Origin: an uncultured Gammaproteobacteria bacterium
GTDB taxonomy: Bacteria > Patescibacteriota > Patescibacteriia > SBBC01 > JACPUP01
DNA: 63,737 bases
Assembly: GCA_964457305.1 (NCBI GenBank)
Contig: CAYWEH010000002.1
Coordinates: 1 to 63,737, forward strand
Direction of reading: 5' to 3'
Shown here: positions 42,978-50,778 of the stretch, piece after piece
Layout of the letters: every line of letters starts with the position of its first letter
How positions within the stretch are numbered: position 1 is the first letter of the stretch
Notes under the pieces: generated by a model
The model's input: the letters and a program-made list of their open reading frames with translations, nothing else
The model's database searches: none
What the model was told of the DNA's origin: nothing
Translations under genes and position numbers: made by a program

Positions 42978-45890
42978 CTAGATTTCTGTCAGTCGTTTTT
43001 CAGTATCCATAAGCCTTGCTTCGGCTTGCGCGCGGATCTGATTAGGCAGTCGGGTATTTTTGAGCTGCTCGCGGAGCCGCTTTGCATATCCCTCCAAGTT
43101 CGCCCGCTCTTTTTTCCGCCAGTCCTCGAAGGCCTGGACGCGTTCGGCTGGAAATTCTGCTTTCAGAGAACCCAGCGTGACGACGGCGCCCGCTTGCTTC
43201 CCTTGGAGTGAAACGCCGGAAAGTTTTTCCAGCATTGGCAGATTTGTCGCCGGACCTTTCGTACGAATGGCCCCACGATCTTCGGCGGTCAGGCCGCTGT
43301 ATTTCTTGAAGTTCCGCAGGGCGATGACCGTGCGTTGCACGTCTGCAAACGCGCGCTCGGCCGTTGCGTTCCGGGCCCCCGGCTTCGGCCATGACTGGAT
43401 GATGAGCATCCCCTCTCTTGCCGGCCGCTGCCAGAGCTGTTCGGTGACGAAGGGCGCAAACGGATGCAAAAGGCGGAGGAGTGTGTTGAACACCGACAGC
43501 AGCACCTGGTCGTTCTTCTCGACTTTATGGATTTCCAGATACCAATCCGCGAATTCGTGCCAGGCAAAATCTTCCAGCAGCTGTCCGGCTGCAGAAAAGT
43601 CGTAGTGCTCGATTGCGGCCGTCACGCCCTTCGTCACGGCTGCCAGCCGCGACAGAATCCATCTATCGGCCAGTGTTTTGGGGCGTAGGGCGTAGGGCGT
43701 AGGGGAGGAAAAACCTTTTTCACTAAGCCCTGTACCCTGTGCCCCGTACCCTGTGCCCTGGCGCACATACTGCCCGATGTGCCAGAGTTTGTTCACGAAG
43801 TTGCGCTGTCCGGCAATCTTCGCCTCGTACATGCGGAAGTCCTGACCGACGGATTGTCCGATGACGAGCGACAGACGAATGGCATCAGTGCCGTACTTTT
43901 CCGTCATGACCAGAGGGTCAATGCCCGTCCCCCTTGACTTCGACATCTTCTTCCCCTGTTCGTCGAGGATGAGGCCGCTCAAGTAGACGGTCCGGAAAGG
44001 AACTTCACCGGTGAGGTAGAGGGAGAGCGCGAGCATGCGAGACACCCAAAAGGTGAGGATGTCCCACCCCGTTTCCATCACTGACGTCGGGTGGAAGCGT
44101 TTGAGGTCGCCCCTTTTCACCTTCCCCCTTTGGTTGCGCGGCCAGCCGAGCGTCGAGAACGTCCAGAGGCCGGAAGAGAACCAGGTGTCGAGGACGTCTT
44201 CGTCCTGGACGAAGTTTTTTCCCCCGCAGACTGGGCAGCGGGGCGGCCGAGTACTCGAGACGACGATTTCACCACAGCCGGGGCGCCCACGGCGCTTGGC
44301 GCTCACGCGGTACCGGTAGATCCAGACCGGAGTGTCAGCCGAAACCTTCTGGTCGGGGGAGTGGCGCCGCAGCCGCTGGATGGCATGGGCCCGAGTCCAC
44401 CGCCCCGGGTGGTGGGTTCGGTCAACGAGCGGTAGGTTAGCGACAGTGCTCCGTTCGACGCTCGTGATTGTTGCGAGGCCAATAACCCGTTTTGATTTAC
44501 TCTGGACGAGCGTGACGACGTCACCGACGCGGAAGCCGTGGTCGCGCAGCCGCCAGGTGGTCGTTTTCCCTCGTTGCAGGCGCGGGGTGACGTCTGGGGC
44601 AAAGCCCATCCGCTTCACGTCGGATGAGCCGCAGTACCAGATCGGAATCCGGTGCCCCCACCATAACTGACGGGAGATGCACCAGTCCTGGATGTTCTCG
44701 GTCCAATGGAAGTACTGTTTCTTGAAGCGTTCGGGAAGAATTGCTACCCTGCCGGATTTCACCGCCGCCACCGCTTTCTGCGTCAGTGGTTTCATCTTCA
44801 CAAACCACTGTTTCGAGAGGAGCGGTTCGATGGTGGTGCCGCAGCGGTCGCAGATGGCCACGGCGTTGCGGTGGTCTTCGGCTTTCAGGAGGTTCCCGTC
44901 GCGGTTTAACGCTTCGATGACGAGCGTCCGTGCTTCGTGGATCGGCATCCCTTCGAAGTCCCGGCCGGCGTCCGCGGTCATAAGGCCGTCTGGGCCGATG
45001 ACCGTGATGGCGCGGAGGTTGTGTGTCTTGCCGATTTCCGCGTCGAGAAAGTCGTGCGCCGGGGTCACCTTCACCGCCCCCGTGCCGAAATCTTTCTCCA
45101 CGCGGTGATCAGCGATGATCGGCACTTCGCGGTTCACGAGTGGCACGATTGCTATTCGACCGATCAGGTCTTTGAAGCGCGCGTCTTTTGGGTTGACCGC
45201 AATGGCCGTGTCGCCGAGGAGCGTTTCCGGGCGGGTCGTGGCGACCGTGATCGAGTGCGGGGTTTTCTTGACTCGGTACTGGATGTACCAAAGCGACCCG
45301 GCGCGTTCCTCGTGCTTCACTTCGAGGTCGGAGAGCGCAGTCTGGTCGGTCGGGCACCAGCTGATGAGTCGTTCGGCGCGGTATAGGAGCCCGTCCTCGT
45401 AGAGCCGGACGAATGCCGCCTGGACTGCGGCGGTCAGGTCTTGGTCCATGGTGAAGTGCTCTCTCGACCAATCGCACGACGCGCCCATGCTCCGGATTTG
45501 TTTGGTGATGGTGTCGCCGTATTTCTTTTTCCACACCCAGACGTGCTGCAGGAATTGTTCACGACCGATCTCGTGTCGGGAAATGCCGTTCTCCGCGAGG
45601 CTCTGCTCGACTTTAATCTGCGTGGCGATGCCCGCGTGATCGGTCCCGGGAACCCAGAGCGCCGCGTCGCCAAGCATCCGGTGGTAGCGGATCATCAAGT
45701 CCTCGAGCGCAACGTGGAGCGCGTGGCCGATATGGAGGTCGCCGGTGACGTTCGGCGGCGGCATCGAGATGGTAAAAGACTTCCCTCGTTTCCTTGGGAG
45801 TTTGTCTGGATTGAAATACTGAGACGCTTCCCAGCGACGGTAGATGTCGGACTCGACGAGCTTTGGGTTGTAGGCGGCTGATTCGCTCAT
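42978..45890 (-). CDS. valS: Valine--tRNA ligase with two lineage-specific insertions
   Basis: PPPNVTGDLHIGHAL, TDHAGIATQ, WCISRQLWWGHRIP, QDEDVLDTWFSS, KMSKSRG, and a C-terminal coiled coil. At 970 aa it is about 90-100 aa longer than typical. Confidence 0.95.
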   Translation of the reverse strand: MSESAAYNPKLVESDIYRRWEASQYFNPDKLPRKRGKSFTISMPPPNVTGDLHIGHALHVALEDLMIRYHRMLGDAALWVPGTDHAGIATQIKVEQSLAENGISRHEIGREQFLQHVWVWKKKYGDTITKQIRSMGASCDWSREHFTMDQDLTAAVQAAFVRLYEDGLLYRAERLISWCPTDQTALSDLEVKHEERAGSLWYIQYRVKKTPHSITVATTRPETLLGDTAIAVNPKDARFKDLIGRIAIVPLVNREVPIIADHRVEKDFGTGAVKVTPAHDFLDAEIGKTHNLRAITVIGPDGLMTADAGRDFEGMPIHEARTLVIEALNRDGNLLKAEDHRNAVAICDRCGTTIEPLLSKQWFVKMKPLTQKAVAAVKSGRVAILPERFKKQYFHWTENIQDWCISRQLWWGHRIPIWYCGSSDVKRMGFAPDVTPRLQRGKTTTWRLRDHGFRVGDVVTLVQSKSKRVIGLATITSVERSTVANLPLVDRTHHPGRWTRAHAIQRLRRHSPDQKVSADTPVWIYRYRVSAKRRGRPGCGEIVVSSTRPPRCPVCGGKNFVQDEDVLDTWFSSGLWTFSTLGWPRNQRGKVKRGDLKRFHPTSVMETGWDILTFWVSRMLALSLYLTGEVPFRTVYLSGLILDEQGKKMSKSRGTGIDPLVMTEKYGTDAIRLSLVIGQSVGQDFRMYEAKIAGQRNFVNKLWHIGQYVRQGTGYGAQGTGLSEKGFSSPTPYALRPKTLADRWILSRLAAVTKGVTAAIEHYDFSAAGQLLEDFAWHEFADWYLEIHKVEKNDQVLLSVFNTLLRLLHPFAPFVTEQLWQRPAREGMLIIQSWPKPGARNATAERAFADVQRTVIALRNFKKYSGLTAEDRGAIRTKGPATNLPMLEKLSGVSLQGKQAGAVVTLGSLKAEFPAERVQAFEDWRKKERANLEGYAKRLREQLKNTRLPNQIRAQAEARLMDTEKRLTEI
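43680..43760. repeat. 81-bp in-frame heptad-repeat palindrome-like element inside valS (G-tract arm / A+T core / C-tract arm)
   Basis: GGGGCGTAGGGCGTAGGGCGTAGGGG (43680-43705), then aggaaaaacctttttcactaag, then CCCTGTACCCTGTGCCCCGTACCCTGTGCCC (43728-43758). It encodes QGTGYGAQGTGLSEKGFSSPTPYALRP. Confidence 0.85.
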
Positions 45891-46118
45891 ACGGAATACC
45901 CCCCTTTCCGTAAGGGCCCAAGTTTAGGGCGGTACCACCTTACTTCCCGCCTGCGCTGAAGCTTCGGCGGACACTTTGTCTGAGGGGTCTACTGATCCGG
46001 CTATGCCGGATGTTCTTCCCCAGGCTCACCGGTGACTAGTCGGGTCATCGCACCATGAGCGTAGGCAATAATTGGAAAATCTGCAACCCCGCACCATTTC
46101 GAACGCCCACCAGCAGGG

Positions 46119-48521
46119 TCAGCGCGTCTGCTGGTTTGAGCTGAGGATGGTTCGCGGAGAAACCCGTGGCGCAAGGGCGGGCCTTCGGCGCGCCACCAGC
46201 ACCGGCTTCCACACCCTGGCGCAGGCGCGCTTTACCCGGCGGATCGGGCGACCGGTCCGCTGGCTCTTCGAGGTGACCGTGACCTTGCGGCAGACGCGAA
46301 CGAGGCGGGTCTTGCGCGCCGAGGTAACCCTCTTGGTCGGCGCACTCGCCTGCGGTGTGTTGGGGGCCGGCGGGACCGCCCGGAGGTCGGTGACCGGCGC
46401 TGGGGACGTGCCATCGCATGGTTGGACCGTAATGGACTGCGGGGGCTGTTCGCCGCACTGATTGCGGTCGGTACAGGTGCGGCTCTGGAGGGTGCCGTTG
46501 CACTCGCCCCATGGCCCACACTGCCAGTCTGGGACGCAGCTGCACGCCTGGGATTCGGCTGGTCGGCCATCGTTCACCCCGCAGTTATTTTGGTCGGTGC
46601 AGGCGCGGGCTTGCGTTCCGTTTGTGCATTGGCCCCACTCCGTGCACTGCCACAGGGGCGTGCAGGGGTTTGTGCAGGATTGCGTGAGGGGCGGCCGCAG
46701 GGTCGTCGTGCCGCAGCTGTTCAAGTCCGTGCAGGCGCGGGACTGCTGGTCGTTCACGCAGGCGCTCCATGCACCGCAGGACCAGTTTTCCTGACAGACG
46801 CAGCTCTGGGACTCCGCGGGCCGGCCGTTGTTTGTTCCGCAGCTGTTTTGATCCGTGCAGGTGCGGGTTTGCGTGCCCCCGCTGCACTGGCCCCAGTCCG
46901 TGCAGCGCCAGTCCGGGGTGCAGGGCGGCGGTGTTGTGCCTTGGGCCAGGAACAGGAGGGCCTGGCCGTTGCGGAGCCTCGCCTCGGTCGTTGTGGTGGT
47001 ACCAGTGTTCCCGTCCACGTCGAGCGGGAAATACGATCCGGGCAAGGTCACCGTGACCTCAGTCGCCGCGTCGAACTCCTGATCCCAGTTCCCGCGTACC
47101 CGGGCGACGGACAGACCGCAGGCGAAGCGTCGGCTGTAGACGGTGTAGGCGTAGCCGCGACCGTCCGTGCCGGTCGTCAAAACCTGCGGGTCTTCGAGGG
47201 GCTGGCCGAGGTCCGTGTCGAACAGGCCGCGCATGTTGTTGTCCCAGGCTGCCTGGCTGACGATGTTGACGAAGCCCCAGGTCAGGACGTTCGGCCGGCG
47301 CGTCAGCCAATGGAGGCCGAGGTTGTTCATCATGGCCTCATCGGCCGTGAACGATCCTTGTCGGCCAAAGATAGAGGTGATGTTCAAGGGGAACTCCCAC
47401 ACATCAATGCCGACTGCCTGCGCCAAGCCGTTCTTATCAAAAATCGTTGCCGGGAGCGTTTGTCCGTACGCGCGCGTCGGATTATGAGCGAATTCATTGA
47501 GGAGAACGTCGCCCGGGTGAAAGTTTACGTACCCCTGCTCCCACTGCGAATCGGTAACTCTCGGGTAGTCGGCGATGTTGGGCACGATCCAGACCCGCCT
47601 GCCATCCGGGTGTTCGGGCGGGTTCGTTCGCAACTCCTGCTCGAACCGGCCGAAACCCTGGTTGTAGTACCAGTCGAGGAAGGTGTTGGTGCTGACGCTG
47701 GGAGTGCCCGGGGCTTCGGCGACCTGTCCGCCGCTCTGAACGTTCGTTTGGAGATACCGCAGTGAGGCGTTGTCGAACATGAATCCGTCCCAGTACTGGT
47801 TCCCACCGCCCCGGATGACTTGGGTGAGGAGGTAGACGTGATAGGCGCGTTGCAGGGCGCGGAGCTCGGTAGTATGAAACGCGGGGACACGGCGGGAAAG
47901 ATCCGAGTAGTAGACTGCCACGCGCGCCTGACTCCGTGACGTGGCGGTGGCCGGCGGTGTACAGTTTGGGGAACAGGAGGGATTCCAGCCTGGTATGGTG
48001 ACATTGATTCCGTCTAATCTGGACACCGTGTCCTGCGAGTAGTGCAGGTAGACGTCCTCCGGGTCAGTCACCCCATACGTCGTTGCGTTTGCCATCAGCC
48101 AGTTGTGTTCGTCGACAGCGCCACGCGAGATGTAGTTGTCCGTAATCGAGTTGTAGTTCACGAACCGGAAGTTCGGGTTGCGCTGGCGGATGGAGGCGGC
48201 TTCATCGCCAAAGGCCTCGGCGGCCAGCTCGAAATGGTCAGCAATATAGTTTAAGCGAGTGGTGTTCGCGGCTCGGGCATACATAGTCAAGGCTCGCCGC
48301 AGCGGATTGGGAAAGCCGGTGCAGGTAAAAGCCGCCTTGGCCGTTGGGGTCGCGCTCGACAACCTCTCGGGGCTGATGGCATGGAACATCATCCCTGCGA
48401 TAAGGGCCACACCAGCCACAGCAAAAGTGCCGAGGACTACTCGACGCTGCCAGCCCCCCCAACGAATTTGTGATCGATGGTCCTGGTCAGGGTTGATCAT
48501 TACGTCTCTATAATAACACAT
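46119..48521 (-). CDS. Signal-anchored secreted protein: ~480-aa unassigned (possibly glycoside-hydrolase-like) domain + 4 Cys-rich TSP1-like repeats + basic tail
   Basis: 800 aa with an N-terminal TM (VVLGTFAVAGVALIAGMMF). The central domain carries YWDGFMFDN and VWIVPNIADYP. There are four ~43-aa repeats of the form C-x2-W-x-C-x2-W-x2-C-x4-Q-x-R-x-C-TD-x-N-x-CG, and the last ~70 aa are Arg/Lys-rich. Confidence 0.7.
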   Translation of the reverse strand: MCYYRDVMINPDQDHRSQIRWGGWQRRVVLGTFAVAGVALIAGMMFHAISPERLSSATPTAKAAFTCTGFPNPLRRALTMYARAANTTRLNYIADHFELAAEAFGDEAASIRQRNPNFRFVNYNSITDNYISRGAVDEHNWLMANATTYGVTDPEDVYLHYSQDTVSRLDGINVTIPGWNPSCSPNCTPPATATSRSQARVAVYYSDLSRRVPAFHTTELRALQRAYHVYLLTQVIRGGGNQYWDGFMFDNASLRYLQTNVQSGGQVAEAPGTPSVSTNTFLDWYYNQGFGRFEQELRTNPPEHPDGRRVWIVPNIADYPRVTDSQWEQGYVNFHPGDVLLNEFAHNPTRAYGQTLPATIFDKNGLAQAVGIDVWEFPLNITSIFGRQGSFTADEAMMNNLGLHWLTRRPNVLTWGFVNIVSQAAWDNNMRGLFDTDLGQPLEDPQVLTTGTDGRGYAYTVYSRRFACGLSVARVRGNWDQEFDAATEVTVTLPGSYFPLDVDGNTGTTTTTEARLRNGQALLFLAQGTTPPPCTPDWRCTDWGQCSGGTQTRTCTDQNSCGTNNGRPAESQSCVCQENWSCGAWSACVNDQQSRACTDLNSCGTTTLRPPLTQSCTNPCTPLWQCTEWGQCTNGTQARACTDQNNCGVNDGRPAESQACSCVPDWQCGPWGECNGTLQSRTCTDRNQCGEQPPQSITVQPCDGTSPAPVTDLRAVPPAPNTPQASAPTKRVTSARKTRLVRVCRKVTVTSKSQRTGRPIRRVKRACARVWKPVLVARRRPALAPRVSPRTILSSNQQTR
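46410..46922 (-). repeat. Four tandem coding repeats (~126-132 nt each) of a 6-Cys, 2-Trp module
   Basis: CTPDWRCTDWGQCSGGTQTRTCTDQNSCG / CQENWSCGAWSACVNDQQSRACTDLNSCG / CTPLWQCTEWGQCTNGTQARACTDQNNCG / CVPDWQCGPWGECNGTLQSRTCTDRNQCG. Confidence 0.85.
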
Positions 48522-48588
48522 CGGGAGGAAAATTTCAATTGGTCTCGTCCACGACGAGCCCGATGCGTAGCCGGTTTACGTCCTCGGC

Positions 48589-48623
48589 ACGAGCTCCCAG
48601 TTCGGGTCGGCGCTGACGCAGCG
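48589..48623. repeat. Direct repeat copy A: relic of the tsaD 3' end (att-like)
   Basis: acgagCtcccagttcgggtcggcg... differs at one position over 24 nt from 49688-49711, and 30 of 35 nt match overall. On the minus strand it reads ...SADPNWELVPRT*, compared with tsaD ...HADPNWELV*. Confidence 0.8.
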
Positions 48624-48712
48624 TGAGTCCCCTATCTTCACTCGAGGCTAAGTCCCAGAAGATTGCACGATCAATAGCCGAAACGAGATGAATAGATGTA
48701 TAGTTATTATAT

Positions 48713-49663
48713 ATGAGTGAACGAGGTTCTTCGATCGAACGGGTCGTCGGTGGGATTGACGACGAGGACAAGCAAGACATCCAGCGACAGTACAATGAAC
48801 GTTTTCGCGAACAGGCGTTCGATGACCTCTATGGACTCGAGCGAGACAAGACGCCAGAGGAGCAAAAAATCATTCAGTTTGTTGACGATGCGACCGATAC
48901 TCTCCGAAAACAGTATGGGTTGGAAGCATTTCCGGTACCGGAAAAGAACGTGCACGTCATCCCCAGGGATCACTGGAAGCCAACGACAACGGATGCCTTC
49001 TTCCTCCCGCAGCGCCAGGCGGTATTCGTACGTGAGGCGGTCGCCCCCATTGTTTTCGCTAAGAAGATCTACCACGAGTTCGTTCACTTCAAGTCCTATG
49101 GTGCAGCGCAGGTTCGAAGGGATACCGATAAGGTTGATCTCTACCGACAGGGGCTGCGGGTTTACGCTCGAGGTCAGGAGGAGCTATTCTTCCGATTGCT
49201 CAACGAAGCGGTGACCGAGGAGTTGGCGAAACGATGGCTAGGGTCGAACCAAGATGCGCCGCTGCTCGAACAGGATTCGAAAGAGACGGCACGAGTGAAG
49301 GAGTCCATTCAAAGCAAACGCAAGCACCGTACCCCCACGGGGAAGCTCGATAATATCTACTACTTGTCAGAAAAGATCACGCAGGCCGGGTCGGGGGTTG
49401 AAGTAGCAATGTGCTCAGAAGAGTTCTCAAACACCGAGGAGCGGCGGGCGCTCGGTATCCTTATAGAAAAAATCGTTGAACGCAATCCTGATCGGTTTCA
49501 GAATCGGGAGCAAGCGTTCGCTATGTTCGCACAGGCGATGCTTGACGGGAATCTCCTATCGCTTGGGAAGACAATCGATCAAACGTTCGGCCAGGGTACG
49601 TTCAGGGCGATTGGTGAAGCGCGTGATGGGCAAACACTCAGCGAGTTAGCAGACAGACTATAA
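48713..49663 (+). CDS. Hypothetical cytosolic protein with gluzincin-like HExxH ... NEAxxE motifs
   Basis: 316 aa. It contains YHEFVHF, with LLNEAVTEEL 38 aa downstream. It has no signal peptide. The G+C content is visibly lower than in the flanking sequence. Confidence 0.6.
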   Translation: MSERGSSIERVVGGIDDEDKQDIQRQYNERFREQAFDDLYGLERDKTPEEQKIIQFVDDATDTLRKQYGLEAFPVPEKNVHVIPRDHWKPTTTDAFFLPQRQAVFVREAVAPIVFAKKIYHEFVHFKSYGAAQVRRDTDKVDLYRQGLRVYARGQEELFFRLLNEAVTEELAKRWLGSNQDAPLLEQDSKETARVKESIQSKRKHRTPTGKLDNIYYLSEKITQAGSGVEVAMCSEEFSNTEERRALGILIEKIVERNPDRFQNREQAFAMFAQAMLDGNLLSLGKTIDQTFGQGTFRAIGEARDGQTLSELADRL

Positions 49664-49683
49664 TTTTTATACGAACGGAGCGC

Positions 49684-50712
49684 TCAGACGAGTTCCCAGT
49701 TCGGGTCGGCGTGAACGCGGCGCCAGCTGTGCTTGGCCGGTATTTGGTGGAATGATGCGGCCGCCGCGATCATGGCCGCATTGTCCGTGCAGTATTGGAG
49801 GGCTGGCTCGAGGTAGCGTATGCCACCCAGTCTCTCGACAGCCGTGCGCAGTTGGCGCCGAAGTTCTCCATTGGCAGCAACGCCACCAGCGAGTAAGACT
49901 GATTTCGGCCGTAGGCGTTTTGCCGCTCGGACGGTTTTACCAACAAGCACATCAACGACCGCCTGCTGGAACGACGCGCACAGGTCGGGTAGTGCTCGTT
50001 TCGGCGGGCGACTGACCCAATGTTTCTTTTGCAGAAAGTAGAGCACGCTAGTTTTTAATCCGGCAAAGCTAAAATCAGAATCAGGCGAGGCGGCCATGGG
50101 TCGGGGGAATCGAAACCGTGCGGGACTTCCCCCCACCGCCTGTTGCGAAATCTCTGGCCCCCCCGGATAGCCAAGTCCAAAGATCTTGGCGACCTTATCG
50201 AAGGCCTCCCCAGCCGCATCGTCGCGCGTTCGACCGATGAGCTTCCAAGCACCGGGTCGGGAAGCGGAAACAAGCTCGGTGTGTCCACCCGAAACAACCA
50301 AGCCGAGCACCGGAAACCGGATTCTGCGCGCCGGACGGTCGAGCCAATTCGCTGCCAAGTGTCCCTCGATGTGGTTGATGCCTAACAGTGGCACGCCGGC
50401 TGTCCACGAGAGCGTCCGGGCTGTTTCTACTCCCACCGATAAGGCTGACAAGAGCCCTGGCCCGCGTGTGACCGCGATAAGGTCAATGTTCGCCAGCGAC
50501 GTCTTTGCTTCGCGAAGCGCTAGAGTAAGTAGTGGAAGAATTGCCGGCACGTGCTCGCGGGCCGCGACTTCCGGTACCACGCCACCGTATTTTTTATGTG
50601 TCGCTATTTGCGAAGTGATGACCGACGAGCGGACGTGGAGCCCAACACGCGTCTTTTCGACGACCGCAATACCCGTTTCGTCACAGGAAGTTTCTATCCC
50701 CAAAATACGCAT
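49684..50712 (-). CDS. tsaD: tRNA N6-adenosine threonylcarbamoyltransferase TsaD
   Basis: ILGIETSCDETGIAVV, HKKYGGVVPEVAAREH, NHIEGH and GGVAAN. The start is the ATG at 50712 (or the GTG at 50727). Confidence 0.92.
   Translation of the reverse strand: MRILGIETSCDETGIAVVEKTRVGLHVRSSVITSQIATHKKYGGVVPEVAAREHVPAILPLLTLALREAKTSLANIDLIAVTRGPGLLSALSVGVETARTLSWTAGVPLLGINHIEGHLAANWLDRPARRIRFPVLGLVVSGGHTELVSASRPGAWKLIGRTRDDAAGEAFDKVAKIFGLGYPGGPEISQQAVGGSPARFRFPRPMAASPDSDFSFAGLKTSVLYFLQKKHWVSRPPKRALPDLCASFQQAVVDVLVGKTVRAAKRLRPKSVLLAGGVAANGELRRQLRTAVERLGGIRYLEPALQYCTDNAAMIAAAASFHQIPAKHSWRRVHADPNWELV
49688..49722. repeat. Direct repeat copy B (functional tsaD 3' end)
   Basis: This is the partner of 48589-48623, 1099 bp away. 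Confidence 0.8.
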
Positions 50713-50778
50713 ACGGAGTTGACGCACAGCACACTCAGGCTGGCTGGCCCGGGTGTGTTTTGTCCTAAATCGGCACCG

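Noticed and set aside
43680-43760. The heptad repeats as a CRISPR array, a telomere-like repeat or a non-coding insertion that disrupts valS.
   Set aside because: The unit length is only 7 nt and there are no spacers. The segment is exactly 81 nt and keeps the valS frame open, with conserved motifs on both sides. I treat it as an in-frame coding repeat (see findings).
46410-46922. Nucleotide-level tandem repeats here and at 54320..55165 as possible CRISPR arrays or DGR template/variable-repeat pairs.
   Set aside because: They are in-frame coding repeats of protein modules, Cys/Trp repeats and dockerins respectively. No reverse transcriptase or cas genes are in the window. The differences between repeats are not adenine-specific as far as I can see by eye.
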